Made by a program: the position numbers and the translations under genes | From: Planctomycetota bacterium | Lineage (GTDB): Bacteria > Planctomycetota > Planctomycetia > Pirellulales > Pirellulaceae | Assembly (NCBI GenBank): GCA_963205385.1 | Contig: CAUJKE010000079.1 | Span: 46 to 64,045 of the forward strand | Length of the DNA: 64,000 bases | Direction: 5' to 3' | Shown: positions 39,746 to 47,833 of the stretch, piece after piece | Layout of the letters: each line of letters starts with the position of its first letter | Numbering within the stretch: the first letter of the stretch is position 1 | The notes under the pieces: generated by a model | Databases searched by the model: none | What the model saw: only the letters and a program-made list of their open reading frames with translations | What the model was told of the DNA's origin: nothing

Positions 39746-39858
39746 GAGGAAAAACCGGACAAAAGGGTCTGGTTATCTGCTGTGTGTTATGTCAAAGTAG
39801 CTGTGGCGATAAAGGATGTCAAGGTCTCGAAATCGTTTTATACGGAAAGACGCACTCG

Positions 39859-40347
39859 ATGATTTCACAAACGGTCGAATATTCCTTGCGCGCGATCGTC
39901 ACCATCGCGCAGCATGGCGGCGCTCCGTGCACGGCGGCACAGATCTCAGCCATCACTCAGGTTCCCGGACCGTTTCTATCGAAAATGATGCAAACCTTGG
40001 TGCGCGCGGAACTTGTGACTTCCAAACGCGGGTTGCACGGTGGGTTCATGCTGACTAAGGATGCTTCAGAGTTGACGATTTTGGACGTCGTCGATGCCAT
40101 CGAGCCGTTGAAGCGGATCCGCTCGTGTCCCTTGGGGATTGCCTCGCATGGCGTCATGCTCTGCCCTTTGCATCGCCATTTGGATAACGCGATGGCGATG
40201 GTGGAGGAATCGTTTCGCGGAGTCACGATCGCCGAATTGTTGAACGAGCCTGGCAGCGTGACGCCGCTGTGTGAAGCGCGGACGCTGACGACGATCAACT
40301 TAGGCGGCGCGTCGAACCGGCCGCCTCGGGACTTGAGAGCGGATTAG
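39859..40347 (+). CDS. Rrf2 family transcriptional regulator (NsrR/IscR-like)
   Basis: ORF 39784..40347, ATG at 39859. MISQTVEYSLRAIVTIAQHGGAPCTAAQISAITQVPGPFLSKMMQTLVRAELVTSKRGLHGGFML is the Rrf2 wHTH. Cys/His-containing segment: RSCPLGIASHGVMLCPLHRH. Divergent from narC. Confidence 0.85.
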   Translation: MISQTVEYSLRAIVTIAQHGGAPCTAAQISAITQVPGPFLSKMMQTLVRAELVTSKRGLHGGFMLTKDASELTILDVVDAIEPLKRIRSCPLGIASHGVMLCPLHRHLDNAMAMVEESFRGVTIAELLNEPGSVTPLCEARTLTTINLGGASNRPPRDLRAD

Positions 40348-40443
40348 TCGCGGCGTCATGCTGCGCGGCGATGCTGTACTACCCCAGCACGGCGGAAAGT
40401 TGCACGCGGCGCCGTCGATTACAACCTCTCGCCCGGGTCTCTG

Positions 40444-42951
40444 TTACGAATCGTCGCAGGGTTGAACGTCCAAGCCCCAGATATCGCGCGCGTAAGTCAG
40501 CACCGTGCGATCGCTCGAAAAGCGGCCGGCGTGCGCGGTGTTGATGATCGACTTCCGCGTCCACGCCGTTTGATCCAGATAGGCGCGCGCGACATCTTGT
40601 TGCCGGGCGACATACGACGCGAAGTCCGCACACAAAAGGTAGCGGTCTTGGCTGCGAAAGAGATGTTCAACAAGCGGCCGAAAAATGCTGTCGTCGCCGG
40701 AGGAGAAGAAGCCATCGCGAATCATGTCGAGCGCGCGGCGCAGTTCGGGATCGTGATGGTAGATGTCGAGCGGGTCGTAACCGGCGGCGAACGTGGCTTC
40801 CACTTGTTCGGCGGTTTTGCCGAAGATGAAGATGTTCTCCTCACCGACGGCGTCGCGGATTTCGATGTTGGCCCCATCCAGCGTGCCGATCGTCAGCGCG
40901 CCGTTGAGCATGCACTTCATGTTGCCGGTCCCGGAGGCTTCGGTGCCGGCGGTGGAGATCTGTTCGGAGAGATCGGTGGCGGGGATGATTTGTTCGGCGA
41001 GCGACACGTTGAAGTTGGGCAGGAAGACCAGTTTCAACTGATCCGCCACGCGCGGATCATGGTTGACGACGTCGCTCACGGCATGGATCAGCCGAATGAT
41101 GTTGCGCGCGATGTCATAACCAGGCGCGGCTTTGCCGGCCATGATGACCGTGCGCGGGACGGGATTCGCGGTGATGCCGTCGCGAATGCGATTGTAGAGA
41201 CAAACGACGTGGAGGATGTTTAGCAGTTGCCGCTTGTATTCATGAATGCGCTTCACCTGGCAGTCGAAGAGCGAATTCAGATCGACGGTAATGCCGAGTT
41301 CAGCTTGAATCGTGGTCGCCAGACGGGCTTTGTTTTGCTGCTTGATCGTGGCCCATTGCGCCAAGAAGTCCGGGTCGGCCGTATGTTCCAGCAAGCCTCG
41401 CAACTGGCACAAGTCGCACCGCAGCCAACCGTCGCCAATGGTTTGGGTGACCAGATCCGCCAGGCCGGGATTCGCCAACTTCAACCAACGCCGGGGCGTA
41501 ATGCCGTTGGTCGTCGCAAAAAATCGCGCCGGGAACATATCGCTGAATTCTGCGAACAGGTGCGTGCGCAACAACTCCGAGTGCAGTTGCGAAACGCCGT
41601 TGACCGCATGACTTCCAACGACGGCCAGGTGCGACATTCTCACTCGCGGTTCGTGACCTTCAGCGATCAGCGACATCCGGCGTAAGCGGTCGACGTCGCC
41701 AGGGTGTTGATGCTGCACCGACTTAAGAAAGCGAAAATTGATTTCGTAGATAATCTGCAAATGCCGCGGCAATACCCGACCGAACAGACCGATGGGCCAC
41801 TCCTCCAGCGCCTCAGGCAACAGCGTGTGATTCGTATAGCCAAACGTGGCCACCGTGAGTTTCCAGGCCTCATCCCAATTTATTTGATGCAGGTCGACCA
41901 GGATGCGCATCAATTCCGGAATCGCCAGCGCGGGGTGTGTGTCGTTTAACTGAATCGCGACTTTGTCGGGAAAGTCCTGAAACGAATCGTGCATTTTCTT
42001 ATAGCGCCGCACGATGTCTTGCAGCGAGGCGGAGACGAAGAAATACTCCTGTTTCAGCCGGAGCTCCTTGCCTACGAAGACGTTATCGTTGGGATAGAGC
42101 ACGCGGGAGATGCTGCGACTGCGGCTCTTTTCCTCGATGGCCGCGACGTAGTCGCCGCGGTTGAAGTATTCGAGGTTGAAGCCGTGCGAGGACTCCGCCG
42201 ACCAGAGCCGCAGCGTGTTCACCACGTCGTTGCGATAACCAGGCACGGGCAAGTCGTAAGCCATGGCCATCACATCCTCATCCGCCACCCATTCAAATTG
42301 CATGCGGCCTTGAGGGTCTGACAACTCGCGCACGTAACCGCCAAAGCGCACTTCAAAATAGTCCTCGGGACGAACGATCTCCCAGGGATTCCCGAAGCGC
42401 AGCCAATGGTCCGGCGCTTCGACCTGGCAACCGTTCTCAATCATCTGCCGAAAGATGCCGTACTCGAACCGGATGCCGTAGCCATACGCAGGCAGACCCA
42501 GCGTCGCCATCGAGTCGAGCAAGCAGGCGGCCAAACGCCCTAGCCCGCCGTTGCCCAGACCGGCTTCCGCTTCCGCAGCGATCAGTTCATCCAGATCAAG
42601 GCCGATTTCGGTGAGACTGGTGCGGCCTTCCTCCAGCAGTCCGAGGTTGAGCAGCGAATTGGCCAGCGTTCGCCCGGTCAGATACTCCATCGACAAGTAA
42701 TAGATGCGTTTGGAATCTTCCTGGTAGACACGTTGCTGCGTTTGTAGCCACCGCGCGATCAATCGCTCGCGCACGGCATGCACCAAGGCCAGATAGTAGT
42801 CGTGGCGCGTCGCGCTGTATTGATCCTTGGCCAGGGAGTAGTGCAAGTGATGCAGCAACGAGTCGCGGAGCGAGGTCGATTTGACTGGGGTGGTCGCCAA
42901 CAGATCGGCGGTGGTGCTCACGGACTTCACAGGCGCGGATTTCGTGGACAT
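40444..42951 (-). CDS. glgP: Glycogen/alpha-glucan phosphorylase
   Basis: 835 aa. It has the PLP-site motif TAGTEASGTGNMKCMLNGALTIGTLDGANIE and GLGNGGLGRLAAC near the N-terminus. Confidence 0.95.
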   Translation of the reverse strand: MSTKSAPVKSVSTTADLLATTPVKSTSLRDSLLHHLHYSLAKDQYSATRHDYYLALVHAVRERLIARWLQTQQRVYQEDSKRIYYLSMEYLTGRTLANSLLNLGLLEEGRTSLTEIGLDLDELIAAEAEAGLGNGGLGRLAACLLDSMATLGLPAYGYGIRFEYGIFRQMIENGCQVEAPDHWLRFGNPWEIVRPEDYFEVRFGGYVRELSDPQGRMQFEWVADEDVMAMAYDLPVPGYRNDVVNTLRLWSAESSHGFNLEYFNRGDYVAAIEEKSRSRSISRVLYPNDNVFVGKELRLKQEYFFVSASLQDIVRRYKKMHDSFQDFPDKVAIQLNDTHPALAIPELMRILVDLHQINWDEAWKLTVATFGYTNHTLLPEALEEWPIGLFGRVLPRHLQIIYEINFRFLKSVQHQHPGDVDRLRRMSLIAEGHEPRVRMSHLAVVGSHAVNGVSQLHSELLRTHLFAEFSDMFPARFFATTNGITPRRWLKLANPGLADLVTQTIGDGWLRCDLCQLRGLLEHTADPDFLAQWATIKQQNKARLATTIQAELGITVDLNSLFDCQVKRIHEYKRQLLNILHVVCLYNRIRDGITANPVPRTVIMAGKAAPGYDIARNIIRLIHAVSDVVNHDPRVADQLKLVFLPNFNVSLAEQIIPATDLSEQISTAGTEASGTGNMKCMLNGALTIGTLDGANIEIRDAVGEENIFIFGKTAEQVEATFAAGYDPLDIYHHDPELRRALDMIRDGFFSSGDDSIFRPLVEHLFRSQDRYLLCADFASYVARQQDVARAYLDQTAWTRKSIINTAHAGRFSSDRTVLTYARDIWGLDVQPCDDS

Positions 42952-43347
42952 GAAACAGATCCTCAGCGATTACACACGGATGTTCAACATGCAAGCCAGC
43001 GACGCACCTCGGTATCGGGAATGCGCAACGCTCATTTCGCGAATGACGTTACGCGCGGTTGCCAATCGGGGAACCAGGGAGTTTGGGAAGAGGAGCCCAG
43101 CTTCACGCCTCAGCTTAGCAAATTGCGACTTACGCGGTTAGTCTTGCGCTCGCGCCGCCGCGATTTCGGAAGCGCGCCCAGTACTTAGATTGGAAACGTG
43201 CGATTCCGCGCGCCCCTAGCTGCAACTGCGTAGTAGACATTCAGCGGGCGTGTGGAGTAGGTTGTGGGGAGCGAAAGTTCGCGGGCGGAGCGCATGGCGT
43301 CTGCCGCGAAGATGCTCCTACGTTCGACGCACAACGGAGTCCCGGTC

Positions 43348-44403
43348 ATGAAGAACAAAATTGCGGAACTGCTAGGGAAAGACGCTGATTTTCTCTTGCA
43401 ACATCAATGTCAAACCATTTCGGCCGAGCATCTGCATTTGCCTGCGCCGGATATCGTCAGTAGCCATTATGGGCCGAGCGATCGGAGCCCACGCGTGCTC
43501 GGCAATTTGCAGCGGCTCTTTAGCCATGGTCGTCTCCAAAATACAGGCTACGTTTCGATTCTGCCTGTGGATCAGGGAATTGAGCATTCGGCCGGCGCTT
43601 CGTTTGCGCCCAATCCAGCGTATTTCGACCCCGAGAACATCATTCGCCTGGCGATGGACGGAGGCTGCAACGGCGTGGCGTCCACGTTTGGCGTGCTGGG
43701 CGCGTTTGCGCGGAAGTACGCGCATTTGATTCCGTTTATCGTCAAGATCAACCACAACGAATTGCTGACGTATCCCAGTGCGTTCGATCAAGTCATGTTT
43801 GGCACCGTGCAGCGCGCGTATGACATGGGAGCGGTTGCGGTCGGCGCCACGATTTATTTTGGCTCGGAGGAAGCGCGGCGGCAGATTGTGGAAGTCGCCG
43901 AAGCCTTCTCGCGGGCCCATGAATTGGGAATGGCGACTATTTTGTGGTGCTACTTGCGCAATCCGGCTTTTAAGACAGCGGACAAGGATTACCATGTCGC
44001 CGCGGACTTGACCGGCCAGGCGAATCACCTGGGCGTGACCATTCAAGCCGACATCATCAAGCAGAAACTGCCGGAGAACAATGGCGGCTACACGGCCCTG
44101 AAGTTCGGCAAAACGTCACCGCTGGTGTATGACAAGCTGACGACGGCGCACCCGATTGACCTGTGCCGTTATCAGGTCGCCAACTGCTACATGGGTCAGT
44201 GCGGACTCATCAACTCCGGCGGCGCTTCTTCAGGCGCATCCGATCTGGCGGAAGCAGTGCGCACCGCGGTGATCAACAAACGCGCTGGAGGAATGGGGTT
44301 GATCAGCGGCCGCAAAGCCTTCCAGCGACCGATGAAGGAGGGCATCGAACTGCTCAACGCCATTCAAGACGTGTATCTGGCGAAGGAAGTCACCATCGCG
44401 TAA
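43348..44403 (+). CDS. fbaB: Class I fructose-bisphosphate aldolase (FbaB/DhnA type)
   Basis: ORF 43264..44403, ATG at 43348. [21 protein letters not shown]...[17 protein letters not shown]...FIVKINHNE resembles E. coli-type FbaB. Confidence 0.8.
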   Translation: MKNKIAELLGKDADFLLQHQCQTISAEHLHLPAPDIVSSHYGPSDRSPRVLGNLQRLFSHGRLQNTGYVSILPVDQGIEHSAGASFAPNPAYFDPENIIRLAMDGGCNGVASTFGVLGAFARKYAHLIPFIVKINHNELLTYPSAFDQVMFGTVQRAYDMGAVAVGATIYFGSEEARRQIVEVAEAFSRAHELGMATILWCYLRNPAFKTADKDYHVAADLTGQANHLGVTIQADIIKQKLPENNGGYTALKFGKTSPLVYDKLTTAHPIDLCRYQVANCYMGQCGLINSGGASSGASDLAEAVRTAVINKRAGGMGLISGRKAFQRPMKEGIELLNAIQDVYLAKEVTIA

Positions 44404-44480
44404 ACGTCCGCCCGAGTGGGTAGACGCCGCACCGCGGAATGACGCATTGTCAGACTACACTGCTTGCCAGACAGCACTAC

Positions 44481-44514
44481 GTGAGCCGCACATTGCGGCT
44501 CACGCATCTTTTTT
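44481..44514 (+). terminator. Rho-independent terminator after fbaB
   Basis: 9-bp perfect stem GTGAGCCGC / GCGGCTCAC with a 5-nt loop (ACATT), followed by GCATCTTTTTT. It lies 78 nt after the fbaB stop. Confidence 0.7.
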
Positions 44515-44718
44515 CACGGAGCGAGCAGCACCACTCGCTGGCGCGGTGGCCTTAATCACCGCTTCGTTCTCGCCGCCCGCCGGGGCTGGAGCGGCGGCTT
44601 GCGCGTCTCGTTCCTTCGTTTTCCGGTCGTGAATCGCCTGGTCGGCGACTTGCTGCGTCCGGAACAGCATCTTTCGGCGGGCGATCGTGTCCGCGGGGAT
44701 GAGTGGTTCGGGTGACAT
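44500..44718 (-). CDS. Small hypothetical protein (72 aa)
   Basis: Part of ORF 44500..44910. ATG 44718 is preceded by GGAGGG. Codon third positions are strongly G/C-biased like neighbouring genes. I recognise no motif. Its stop lies inside the terminator stem. Confidence 0.3.
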   Translation of the reverse strand: MSPEPLIPADTIARRKMLFRTQQVADQAIHDRKTKERDAQAAAPAPAGGENEAVIKATAPASGAARSVKKDA

Positions 44719-45008
44719 GGCGCGGCCCTCCAGGAAGTGTTTTGGCGACTCCATGAAGCGGGCAATTCTCGTTCCGTCGGTTCTGGAATCCTCGACTCCC
44801 GAGGTCAGCCTGGCCGATCGAGCCCGCCAGGGACTTCCCAAACCCATCTCCGGCGGCGTTTTGAGTCTCCCATCCGCAAACGCAGCAATGTCCGTTTTCG
44901 CGCGCTTCACTGGTCAACGGCGCACATCGCGTGGCTGACGAATTCCCCTTTTGGGCACTCTGCACGGGAAATGTGATCTGGCATAACGTTTGCACTTGGA
45001 TCAACAAT

Positions 45009-45022
45009 GCTGCACTTGCAGC
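45009..45022. promoter_or_regulatory. 14-bp palindrome GCTGCA-CT-TGCAGC (CTGC-N4-GCAG), candidate PhaR operator
   Basis: It lies about 40 nt upstream of the phasin-domain SDR gene start (45060). The octamer TGCACTTG also occurs at 44991..44998 and 45011..45018. Confidence 0.35.
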
Positions 45023-45059
45023 AATACATACAGCGGAGACTTTGATAGGAGACACCGTC

Positions 45060-46271
45060 ATGTCAACCGCAGGGAAACTATTCGACACCGTGTTCGAGAA
45101 TGCTTACAAGGCAACCGAGGTGAATCTTCGGTTGCAGCAGGAATTGTTATTGGGCTGGACTCGGTTCTTGCCGGGGTTTACGGGGCGAAAGGTTGGTTCC
45201 GTGGGGGAACTGCCAGATTTTCGCCAGCAATTTTCTCACGGCATCATGAGTGCTGCCCGTGCACAACGCGAACTGTTCGATCAACAGTTTGATGCGGCAA
45301 TCACCGCCTTCGACGAAGCGCTTGGCGTGGGCAAGAAAAGGAGCACAACGCCCGTGGTTGCCGAACTTCCGCCACGGGTGGTCGTGAAAGACGAGCCGAC
45401 GCCTGAGGCGGCGATCGCGCTGGCGGAAGTTCCGCGAATCGTCGCGCGGACCGCCAATAACATCTTCCAAAAAGTCGCCGTGGTGACAGGCGCGGCGAGT
45501 GGCATTGGTGAAGCGGTGGCTCGCGAATTGGCCCATCGTGGCGCCAAAGCGGTGATGCTCGTGGATCGCCATGAAGGCGTCAAGGATCTTGCCGCGGCGA
45601 TAAATAAGGAATCGGGACGCGACGTCGCCGTCGCGGCGATCGGAGACACCACCGACGAGGGATTCCGCAAGCGCGTCTTCAATGAAGCGATGGAATCGTA
45701 CGGCATGGTCACGATCTGCGTTCCCGCCGCAGGCATCACGCGTGATGGCCTGGCGGTGCGCATCAACAAGGAGAGCGGCCGGGCCGAGATTTATCCGATT
45801 GAGAGCTTCCGCCAGGTGACGGAGGTCAACCTCTTGGCGCCCATTTACTGGGGCATCGAGATGGTCGCCCGGATCGCCGAGCAACGCCTGGAGAAAGGGC
45901 TCAAGCGTTGGGAACCGGAGGAGACAATTCAGGGCGTGGTGGTCTTCTTGGGATCGGTCTCGTCGCAAGGGAATAAAGGCCAGATTTCCTACGCCGTCGC
46001 CAAGGCGGGGTTGGAAGGAGCGACCGCGACCTTGACCAAGGAAGCGATCTTCCACGGCGTCCGCTGTGGAATCATTCACCCTGGTTTCACCGACACGCCC
46101 ATGGCGCGTGCGCTTGGCGAGGATTTCTTGAAGAAGAACGTCCTCCCTTACACGCAACTCCGGCGGCTGATTCGGCCTGACGAGATTGCTGACGCAATCT
46201 GCTTCATGATCTCCAATTCGGCGGTCAGCGGTGAACTGTGGGCGGACGCGGGGTGGCATCCACCTGCTTAG
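45060..46271 (+). CDS. Short-chain dehydrogenase/reductase (3-oxoacyl/acetoacetyl-CoA reductase-like) with phasin-like N-terminal domain
   Basis: ORF 44931..46271. ATG 45060 is preceded by AGGAGA. Residues 1-91 are helical and paralogous to the ORF at 47039. A Pro-rich linker follows, then the SDR core with VTGAASGIG and YAVAK (YxxxK). Confidence 0.8.
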   Translation: MSTAGKLFDTVFENAYKATEVNLRLQQELLLGWTRFLPGFTGRKVGSVGELPDFRQQFSHGIMSAARAQRELFDQQFDAAITAFDEALGVGKKRSTTPVVAELPPRVVVKDEPTPEAAIALAEVPRIVARTANNIFQKVAVVTGAASGIGEAVARELAHRGAKAVMLVDRHEGVKDLAAAINKESGRDVAVAAIGDTTDEGFRKRVFNEAMESYGMVTICVPAAGITRDGLAVRINKESGRAEIYPIESFRQVTEVNLLAPIYWGIEMVARIAEQRLEKGLKRWEPEETIQGVVVFLGSVSSQGNKGQISYAVAKAGLEGATATLTKEAIFHGVRCGIIHPGFTDTPMARALGEDFLKKNVLPYTQLRRLIRPDEIADAICFMISNSAVSGELWADAGWHPPA

Positions 46272-46307
46272 CGTTTTATGTTGATCGGTCGGAGCATTGA
46301 GCACGCA

Positions 46308-46841
46308 TTACGACGGTTTGGATTCCAGTTGCTTGAGCCGCTCTTCGAGTTCCTCCACGCGAGCACTCAGCCGGGCGGACTCAGCATCTGGGGTCGCCTG
46401 GGTGCTGGTGGCAGTCGTATTCGTAGCGGCAGTCGTATTCGTAGCGGCAATGCCGTCCAGCCAGGCCTTGACCCAGTGCATCGGTTGGACGAGCGACGAC
46501 GGGGAGTTTGTGCCGTGTTGCTTGAGATAGTCCAGATAGGTCAGCGAGTGACGGAAGTAATCGCGCAGAAATCCCGACATGACATCGTTGGACCGCAAGA
46601 TGCAGTGCAGCATGTCAGTCGGAAACAACAGCATTTTTTCCGGATGCCGCTCCATGATGATCTGCGTGAGCACGGTTCGCGTCACGTCGTCGCCGGTTTG
46701 ACTATCGCGGATTTCGACCGTGTGGCCCGCTTGGACCAGCGCCTCGATGTCCTGCAGCGAAATGTACTTGCTGGTGCTGCCGGCGGCGTAGTAACGACGA
46801 TTGGGATAGCGCTTAATCGCGAGGGGGATATCGTCAGGCAT
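46308..46841 (-). CDS. phaR: Polyhydroxyalkanoate synthesis repressor PhaR
   Basis: ORF 46308..47021, ATG at 46841. The N-terminus is MPDDIPLAIKRYPNRRYYAAGSTSKYISLQDIEALVQAGHTVEIRDSQTGDDVTRTVLTQIIME. This is the PHB/PHA accumulation regulator DNA-binding domain pattern (IKKYPNRRLYDT...). Confidence 0.85.
   Translation of the reverse strand: MPDDIPLAIKRYPNRRYYAAGSTSKYISLQDIEALVQAGHTVEIRDSQTGDDVTRTVLTQIIMERHPEKMLLFPTDMLHCILRSNDVMSGFLRDYFRHSLTYLDYLKQHGTNSPSSLVQPMHWVKAWLDGIAATNTTAATNTTATSTQATPDAESARLSARVEELEERLKQLESKPS
46411..46446. repeat. Perfect 18-bp tandem duplication inside phaR
   Basis: GCAGTCGTATTCGTAGCG x2 (46411..46428 and 46429..46446). It encodes the duplicated AATNTT hexapeptide between the conserved PhaR domains and the C-terminal coiled coil. 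Confidence 0.85.
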
Positions 46842-47038
46842 GAGGCAGGTTCCTCCAAGCAGCAGGTTCCTCCGGTTAGGGGAAGTATAACACGACAAGC
46901 ATCGCAAGTGGCGGGCCGGCGCGGGGCCTGGGGTGCGGAGGAGATTGTGCGAGTGATTGAAAAGTAACGCTTTTGTAACGAGGCAACCGACGGAATGTCC
47001 GCCTGGCCTTGAGTCCGACAATTTAAGGAGTGCGAATC

Positions 47039-47470
47039 ATGACTACCGAAACCACCACCAACATGTACGAGCAAGTTCTCGACAACATGAAGAAGGCCAC
47101 GGAGGCCAATCTCAAAATGCAACAAGACGTGTTGCGTCAATGGTCTGCGTTGTGGCCTGGTTTTTCTTCACCGCAAGCCGTTTGGATTGACAAGGTGAAG
47201 GATTTCCAACAGCAATGGGCCAGCGCGATCTCGGATCTCGCCCGCAAACACCGCAACACGGTGGATCGCCAATATCAAGCGGCGCTGGAGTCGCTGGATG
47301 AAGCGCTCCGCGTCGGCGAGTCGGGCAATCCGGAGGAATTCCGCCAGCGGACGGAGCAACTTTTCCGCAAAATGCTGGATTTCATGCGGGAAGCGTCCGA
47401 GGCGCAGTTGAAGGAATTCCAGGACGCCATGAACAAGTGGAGTGAACTTATCACCAAAACCGGCACTTAA
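47039..47470 (+). CDS. Phasin-like helical protein (paralog of the SDR N-domain)
   Basis: ORF 47030..47470. ATG 47039 lies 8 nt after AAGGAG. The protein is 143 aa and all-helical by composition. It is divergent from phaR, the usual phaP position. It aligns by eye to the 45060 protein at 15/34 and 18/41 identities in two ungapped blocks. Confidence 0.6.
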   Translation: MTTETTTNMYEQVLDNMKKATEANLKMQQDVLRQWSALWPGFSSPQAVWIDKVKDFQQQWASAISDLARKHRNTVDRQYQAALESLDEALRVGESGNPEEFRQRTEQLFRKMLDFMREASEAQLKEFQDAMNKWSELITKTGT

Positions 47471-47833
47471 TCACGCGCAATCCTGGAAAAATCTCCCGCG
47501 CGCGGCGTTCGCGGATGGCTCACGGCCACTGCGCATGTCCAGCGACAGCCGGAATCGCGCGGGGCGATATTTGAAAATTTGAACAGCGGATTGCCGCGAA
47601 TTGCGCGGTCCGCTCGACAAATGGCATCGCTCGCCGTAACTTAAGCAACACTCGCACATTCCATTGGAATCGATGGAATGTCCCCAGCGTTCAACAGCGC
47701 GGCAGTTGCGGTGCCTGGATCGACTTGACTACGGTTGGGCTTCGGTCTTCGCACACATGACGTGGAGGTGGATCGCCTGGGGGTGAAATTGCGAGCGAGA
47801 TGTCACCCACTTCTGACAGACAGGGATGCATTC

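Noticed and set aside
42952-43347. 396-bp divergent region between glgP and fbaB, inspected for tRNA, sRNA or riboswitch-like features.
   Set aside because: I found no T-loop-like GGTTCGA motifs, no strong hairpins and no conserved riboswitch cores recognisable by eye. It probably holds just two promoters.
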